Positions 56,801 through 64,000 of a stretch of DNA of 64,000 bases are shown here, in pieces. The notes beneath the pieces are model-generated. The model saw only the letters and a list, made by a program, of their open reading frames with translations. It was not told the DNA's origin and did not search any database. Within the stretch, counting starts at the first letter, position 1; each line of letters begins with the position of its first letter. A program made the position numbers and the translations under genes. Source of the stretch: Octopus vulgaris (Eukaryota); contig OX597826.1 of NCBI GenBank assembly GCA_951406725.2, positions 16,120,001 to 16,184,000 of the forward strand, in the 5' to 3' direction.

Positions 56801-57469
56801 CACAACGACAACCTATATTTTGTGCAATATAAATGTCGCATTAGCTAATTTGCTCGAGAAATATGTGGATCGTGAACTGTATAAATATGATGCATACATT
56901 AGCACGTATGCTGCTGTGAGAGCATAAATGTACATATATCCTTGAACGTGCGTGCAGAGATGAAAGGGGGAAATAAGTTGATTGATTCTGTTAGATTAAA
57001 GGACCAATTCTATATAGTCGACAATATAGAATATAAAGACTAGGAAATGCGTATATATAAGATATGGCAATTGAGAGTGGATCATCATATAAATTGGAAA
57101 AACAGTGAATTTATTTATTATGTAAATACATATACATAAACACAGCCACACAATATGTATGTACACGCTTTCTCAGGGAAAATCTGCAGAGGTCAATGTT
57201 GTCCGTTCATCCTTTCGGGATCGATTACATAAAGTATCAGTCACTTAATGGGGCCAGTGTACTCGACGGTCATCATCCCAGAAATCCCATCCAAAATGAG
57301 AAAGAGATGTTATTATTAATAAAAATGTTTACTTTAATCTGCATGTTTGTTACAGTCACTTGCCGAGACGCTCCCAGTGTCCTGGAGCGATTGAAGGATA
57401 AGATATTTTACAGTATGACTGAAAGATTGGGGAGGGGATGTAGAGAAATATCTTCATGTAATACATTTG

Positions 57470-58345
57470 GATAGATAGGCTTTTTCTCAGCATGTGTGCA
57501 GTACTTGTCAGTACAATCTTTTGCACTTCCCTGAGACATGGTTCTCCTGGGATATTATCTCAATGTTTCTGACATCCCATTTTTATCATACGTATGGTAC
57601 CTACAATAACGAACAGTTTTAAGATGCGACATCTTTTGTATTTCAATTTCCGGATCCTGATATTTACTTATTTTGTCAAATTCCTTGACAGATATATTTT
57701 TAGCAGTGGGGTATTTAATGATTATGTGTGGAAGGATAGATCTCTATTCGAAGAAAGCGTATATTCTGCCAGCTAATATGGATGTGAGGGTCTAGTAGGT
57801 GATGTTCAGACATGTTATTAGTCGGTAGTTTTGGGGATCTTTTTGTGTCTTCAGTTTTGGTAGTAGTTATATTGTTCCTTCGGTCAGCCATGGCAGGTAT
57901 TTGCTCTGTATTATATTCACTTTTCTGTCTCCATATCTTCTTCCAGAACTCTTCCATTTCCTCAATCTTAGGTGGTTCCTTTACTTCTATCTTATTTTGG
58001 CCAATTTCCCTATAAAATTTCTTTGGATCTGCCTTGTTTCGTCGATAAAATTTGATTCTGTTCTCATACCTTCCATGCCGTTGAGCTTTCAGTTTTATTC
58101 GGTGTTTCAATTCTTCCTTAGTTGCAGAGAAGTTTATAAAATATTTGATTTTATGTTTGTGCTTGATTTTTCTAACTCGTTTTGTCTTAACATATAACCC
58201 TCTAGCAAGTTCTTCGAGAACTGGTACATCCGCCCGCAGAAATTCAATCTCTTTTTGTATTGTAACTTTCCACTTAGGAGGTTTATTGATATGGGTGGTC
58301 CTTTTCTGTGTCTTCCTGATATCTAGTTGAGCAGTTATAATTTTA
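57470..58345 (-). mobile_element. R4/Dong-type non-LTR element, internally deleted
   Basis: It reads PPKWK..IQKEI..LRAD, PKKFYREI...EEFWKKIW, PQNYRPITCL and, at the C-terminus, EVQKIVLTSTAHMLRK. Confidence 0.8.
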
Positions 58346-60110
58346 CAGTTCTTCTTTAACTGGAGGTCCAGACAGAACCAGACCCCAAGAAGTTTAATCG
58401 GACACTCCATCCAAAGTCCTACGACGTTGTCAGGAAGTATCGACTTGCCCCTCCAGGTACCGAGTTGCAAACGGATTGACTTTCCACGATTGCCCTTTGC
58501 TCCTACCACCGTTTGGTATTCCTTAATGGCATAATGGCATCGCCTACCCTCTATAGGTGTTCCAATTCGTATACGATGATGATGATGTCATCCGCGTACG
58601 CTGTTACCGACTCTCCATATCCTGGCTTTCTCGGGATATTCCCCATTGCCTCCAACTCTCGCAATAATGACTCAAGAGTTAATACATACAAAAGTGGGGA
58701 TAAAGGGTACCCTTGACGAACCGACCGTTTGTTGCAGAACGGCTTCGAAAAGAAATCGTTCACTGAAATATCAAATAGAAGTTGCCATACATGGCGATGA
58801 TCCAAGGAAGGAATTTCGGATTCAAGCCGAACGCCACGAGGACTGACACCACGTACCAATGATCAACCCTATCGGAAGCTTTAGCTTGGTCTAAATTGAC
58901 CACTACTCCACCCGAGTCAGGTTTACTACTTATCCTCTCTAAGGTATAACTTATAAAGTGGAGATTGTTCTGAATTCTTCTGCCGAGAATAGCACCGGTT
59001 TGTGTTTTCCCAACGAGTCCATCAGTGACAAGCGCCAAACCTTTCGCTAAAACCTTGTCCAAAATCTTAAAATCCGTGTTTAACAGAGTGATGGGGCCCA
59101 AAATTATCTAATGAATCCCCCTTGTTCGGGTTCTTCCTAACCAGTGTCACCAGTCTCCGACATACAGATCTGTTTGGCATAATATTATATAATTCATAGG
59201 GTAGACCATCAAGTCCCGGTGCATTGTTCCCGCTATAGTCCACTGTAGCATCCTCCACCTCCGCAACCGTGATCGGCCCTTCACAGCGCTTCATTTCACG
59301 CCCGAGAGACGCGTCAGCCCGGTAAGGAAGTCCGTAAGGTCCCTCCTACTCTCCGGTCCCTTGCTCCTCTCAAAAGGTTGAGCGAAGTACTACTGAAAGG
59401 CTAAACACACCTCCTCAGATTCGTTTACCAGCTTAACTTTTTGATTCGTGAAAGATCTTACTGTGGCATAATTGCAAAGTTGAGCTTCTAACATTGAGCC
59501 CATTCATCAGCCTTGATTCCCTCACATTCCATTGCATGAATTCTAGCTCTGATAATGCTTCCCATGTGTTTAGCTTCGATGTGCTGGTTTGATCCCAGTC
59601 TCTTTGCCAACACCAGGGTTGCAGAACCAGTCCTCATTTTCTCTTCTAATGCATTAATTAGTGCTCTTTCCTTCCTAGTATCCTTAGTCCTATGCTATAT
59701 CTAACAGATTCAAATATTTATGGCCCGGTTTGAGGGCATACCACCATTTATTGGTAAAAATACAACCGGTCAATGTCTTCTCTACTAACAGCTTAATGTG
59801 TCTCCTGTACTCCTCGTCCGCCAAAAGGAACATGTTGAGTTTTCAGTAGCTGAATCCTAGTCTATGAAGCCTTTCTATGTCGATCTTACAGGTTACAAGC
59901 TTCTGATCTCTATAGCTGACATGATGAAACTGTGAACACTTAGCTAGGTTTCTATCATTAATTCTAATGAATAACCTGACTAGGTAAGTTCTGGAAGATT
60001 TATCGCTACTTGAACATGTCCACACCGAAGCGCTCGGGAATTCCAATCTGTAGGGATCTGCTAGCTGAAAGCGACTTAGCAGATCCTTGAGGCAAGGGTT
60101 ACCCCTCTAG
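58346..60110 (-). mobile_element. L1-clade (Tx1-like) LINE ORF2 remnant
   Basis: It reads APGLDGLPYELY, PITLLNTDFKIL.KVLA, NLDQAKASDRVDH, SVRQGYPLSPLLY, AYADD and IKLLGVWF. Endonuclease-like remnants lie near 59840-60050. Confidence 0.88.
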
Positions 60111-61139
60111 CAAAGCAGCATCCACTTCTGGTGGATTTTCATTTATTTTTATTTTTGACGTTCTTCTCCTCAAGTACGTGGGGTAGAAGAACTACCTCCT
60201 CCGTCCTTAAAATCTTTGTAGAATTATGCCTGGATTTCTCGTCGTTGGTGATTCTCACTTCGATGGCATCAAACTTCTTCGCACGTGTTATGGAGATGAT
60301 GTCCGACTAGATTGGTCTGAGACACCTCTTTGCCACGTCTCTAGACGCCATGTCTGTTTTTCTCTCTTTTACAATGCATGTTTTAAATTTTATAGTTGTC
60401 CTGTTGTTAAGTGCATAATTTCACTTGGAGGGTCTATTTGGACTTCCATCGCCTCATTTTTTTAACATTCCTTTCAAATTCCTAATTTCGGTCAACTCAG
60501 TGTTCAGCTTCCTTGATGAAGTATTTGCTGCTTCAGCAAAATTGGCTTTTGGTGTAGGTGGAGGCGACACTGGCGACAAGGTAACGTTAATATTGACACA
60601 TCCAATTATTGATTTTGACAGTTGTCTTTTTCTTTCTGACTCAGCTTAATCGCACTTTATTTATTTGTTGTTTTTTCTGTTTGTTTTTTTATGTTTTTTT
60701 TATGTTAAACAAGATTTGGGCTAACGCCCCACAGAAAATACAATAAATCCCCATTCAAACAAGGGAGAAATTATAACAAGAGGTCTGCCACAAGCAGATA
60801 CAACAGTTCTTTTCAACAATATACAATGCAACAAAACAATATTAACAATCCATTCACAATAAAACACAATGCAGCAATCATATCAGGAAAACTTCCAAAG
60901 AATTGATTGACACAACTCCAGAATCAAATCAGATTCTTGACACATTTCCGGTTATTACATTGTTCAACTGCAGATAAGTTAAAATAGACAAGTGAAATTA
61001 AGAATTCAATTGATTATCCAGTTCAAAGATAAAGAATTTCCTACTGGTTCTACTCAATTTCACTTCATGATCACAGCTCAGGCGGCCCTCTGAAACATCT
61101 CATTTTAATTTTACTCATATTTTTATTTTTGTATCTAGT

Positions 61140-61920
61140 CAAGAATGTTGAGAAAACCTACGGTTACGAAAAGGGGCCACATCAGAAAATTTATTAAGGC
61201 GTTTGGGTCCAAAACATTTAAGAATCAAGTACGATTCCCTTAGGCATAATCCACATCTGTTTAAATTAGCATTAAAATGGGGGGCCTCAAACAGGACTGA
61301 CTATTCAGTAGTATGACTCATATTTCTCCTCTTCAAATCATGAATATAGGATACCAACGTGGGAGAACTACAGTATTTGGCATTCGAAAATGAGCTCATG
61401 TGGGCCCTATATCTCCTTTTAAAATCACTAGTGCTCCCAATATATTCCCTAACTAAATTATTCTCCTCTCTAACAATACGTTTATAGACTAGGTTTTTTC
61501 TTAAGCAAAACCCCTTGAAGGGACATAAATTTGGGGTTTTGGAATTACAACTAAATTTCGGAGGTCCGACCAGTCCCTGCAAATTTAATAGGGTCCAAAT
61601 TTTCTCCTACAGAATAATACCCAAGCGCGGAATCGTCAACGCCTGAAGGCAGGGAAGAGTGCAACAGTTCATCATGATCTCCTGGATTATTAACGCTATT
61701 ATTGGCACGCACATCTGCAACAAGTGCCAAATGACGCCTTCCATTTATCTTACTTCTATTCCAAAAAGCAATAATGGAACCCAAGTTTGGTGTTACCGAG
61801 TATGAAAACTTAATTGAAGATCTATTGCAGATAGACTAATGCTTGTGGCCTTTCGGGAAATTTTTCTCGAAAATTTTGAAAAACAACTGCAGCCCTATTT
61901 TTATTTTTGCTTTTCGGTTT
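61140..61920 (-). mobile_element. Nematis-type PLE GIY-YIG fragment
   Basis: It reads FEKNFPKGHKH..., CNSKTPNLCPFKGFC, NLVYK...EYIGSTSDFKRRYRAHMSSF and RCGLCLRE. Confidence 0.88.
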
Positions 61921-61961
61921 AACGAAACTGCCTTTCAATTTAACGAAGTGATTAACCTATC

Positions 61962-61997
<36 letters not shown>

Positions 61998-64000
61998 ATA
62001 CAGATGAAATTACCACAGCTTACATTGATGTAGAGATATCAGAAGATCACCTACTAGCACTGTTAAATGTATGTTCAAAACTGAGTTTAAGTAAATCCAT
62101 CTCGTAAGTTTGAACAGTAATGAGTTAACAGTAATTCCATATATTCGAAGCCTGTTTGTGAAATCTAACTTCGACGACAATCGACACTATGGTAATAAAT
62201 GACATAATTATACTCAAAGCATTGAAACATCATGTAACAAGTAGAACATTTTTTTTAATTATATAGGAAATGCTACAGTGTGATTAACTTTCTTTCGGAT
62301 AGTGTTCAAGGAAACGGAGTGACAATTCTCAAAAGGAATTGTGAAAATATTAATTCAAGTGACAGATGTGGCGTTTATATCAACTGTTTATTTTCCACTC
62401 GAAATGCATGACAGCAGTAAGAGATGTCTCAAGTGACATGTTATGCTGCTTCGATGCAACTCTAAGAAATATTTCTCTCACAGTCGGATATACTTAATGA
62501 CTGTCTTTAGATTTATTGTCAGTATTAAGAAAACAAAATATTTACTTTTCTATAAAAAGCTTATCCCAAGTACTATAGTTATTTACTGCACCATAATTGT
62601 CGACTTTCACATTCACTATCGTAAATGTTTAAGATCTCACTGAGATAATGCCCCACAATTATATTTCCTCGTATCGTACGTGTCTGTTTGTATTTGTGTA
62701 CGACATGGTACATGCCTTAGTGGTTAACGTGTTCGGCTCACGATATTAATATCTTGGGTTCAATTCATGAACAGAACTGCGTGTTGCATCAAGAAGAAAG
62801 CATTTCATTTTAGGTTCCTTCACTCTACTTAGATGAAACACGTGCATATCTTTTCGTCACCCGTCACACACTGCATAGTCAAGAAAGTGATTATGTCTTG
62901 TCGTGGAAACACGAGCTTCAAAAGCAATTAACGAGAGCATTGTTCATGTTATCCTGTTATACCACTCCATGGCTGGCTATTGTACATATATGTGTATGCC
63001 TGTGTGTGTATGTACGTATGCATGCATGTATGTATATATGTATACAGGAGCGGACTGAGACTAAAATAAAGACTGCCAGGAAACTAAGGAGGCCCATCTG
63101 CAACTACAGTGCTATAATTTATTTTATTATTATAATTTTTTCTTGTTAAAAGTATTCTTTTCAACTGTCTACAAACAAAGCCAGGCTGAAATAAATAATG
63201 CTTTCTTCCCGGAGTGAATTAAAAAATTCTCAAACTTGAGGGGATAGGCTCCTTAGATGGGCCCCATGCATGGATTTTAATGTTGCAGGGGTCCACTTGC
63301 CATCGGGTAAGTTGGCAACCTGGCAACCTGGCCAGTCTTCCACTGTATGTGTATATGTACGTATGCATCTATTTCCTTAATTCATTAGAATGAGTTTCTA
63401 TGCCATTATATTAAGCTAGCATTAATTAAACGAAAAATACATAGAGAAGTGATTAGATACGTTACAACGGCTTTTTATGCAATATTTACATTAACCCTGT
63501 GTGCAACATTACTTTCCTGAAAATTGTTCATCGATGTTTTTTTCCACAAATCATGATAATATTTACAAATGTTTCCAGTACTTCCTTCAATGGTAGGTCC
63601 CATAAAATTCATAATTTGGACGTGTTAATTATAACACCGAAATATTGCAAGGTTCGATTTACATTTGAATTAGCTTTTGAGAGAGGAAAAAGCTTTCAGA
63701 AATTATTTAGTTTGTTATACACTAAAAACAGGTACAAAATGGTAAATATGAATGAATAATATTCATCTATTATTTTTTTGGCATGAAAGTAATATAGTAA
63801 CCCAATTTGTCAGCTTCATAATGAAATTGATCTTACTCTTGTTCATTAAGTGTTGAGTATTTTTGGTAAATTATGCAATTATGTCATATGAAAATTATCG
63901 AATATATTTAGCCCGATTCAGTTCATTAAAATAATAGACTGTATCAGACAGGCAAAAATGAAGGGCATATTAGAGTTTTCCTTTCACAATTTCAGCAACA

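Noticed and set aside
57715-58509. 264 aa ORF as a host gene
   Set aside because: It is a chance in-frame fusion of a Tx1-like RT thumb to an R4/Dong-like segment, both from decayed LINEs.

Overview
AT-rich, microsatellite-dense animal DNA. The SINE, MITE and retroelement repertoire points to a cephalopod, probably Octopus (inference). I find no intact host gene. Most listed ORFs are artefacts of (TA)n, (CA)n and (TAA)n tracts. The window is dominated by Penelope-like retroelements (PLEs) of at least three types (Poseidon-, Neptune- and Nematis-like). The largest is a 3.6 kb RT/GIY-YIG copy with ~650 bp inverted pseudo-LTRs. There are also R4/Dong-type, Tx1/L1-type and RTE LINE debris, mariner and Tigger relics, and many tRNA-derived SINEs. 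Two layers are not visible in the ORF track. First, about 17 minimal type-I hammerhead ribozyme motifs, intact or decayed, lie in PLE-type termini. They include a G3-C8 core variant, a tRNA-head + (TAA)n + hammerhead unit that also occurs alone with a target-site duplication, and several fold-back palindromes built from these termini. Second, heavily decayed LRR and LDLa-LRR-7TM (GRL101/LGR-like) receptor pseudogene remnants, mostly on the minus strand, are scattered across the window. All folds and translations were done by eye and need computational confirmation.
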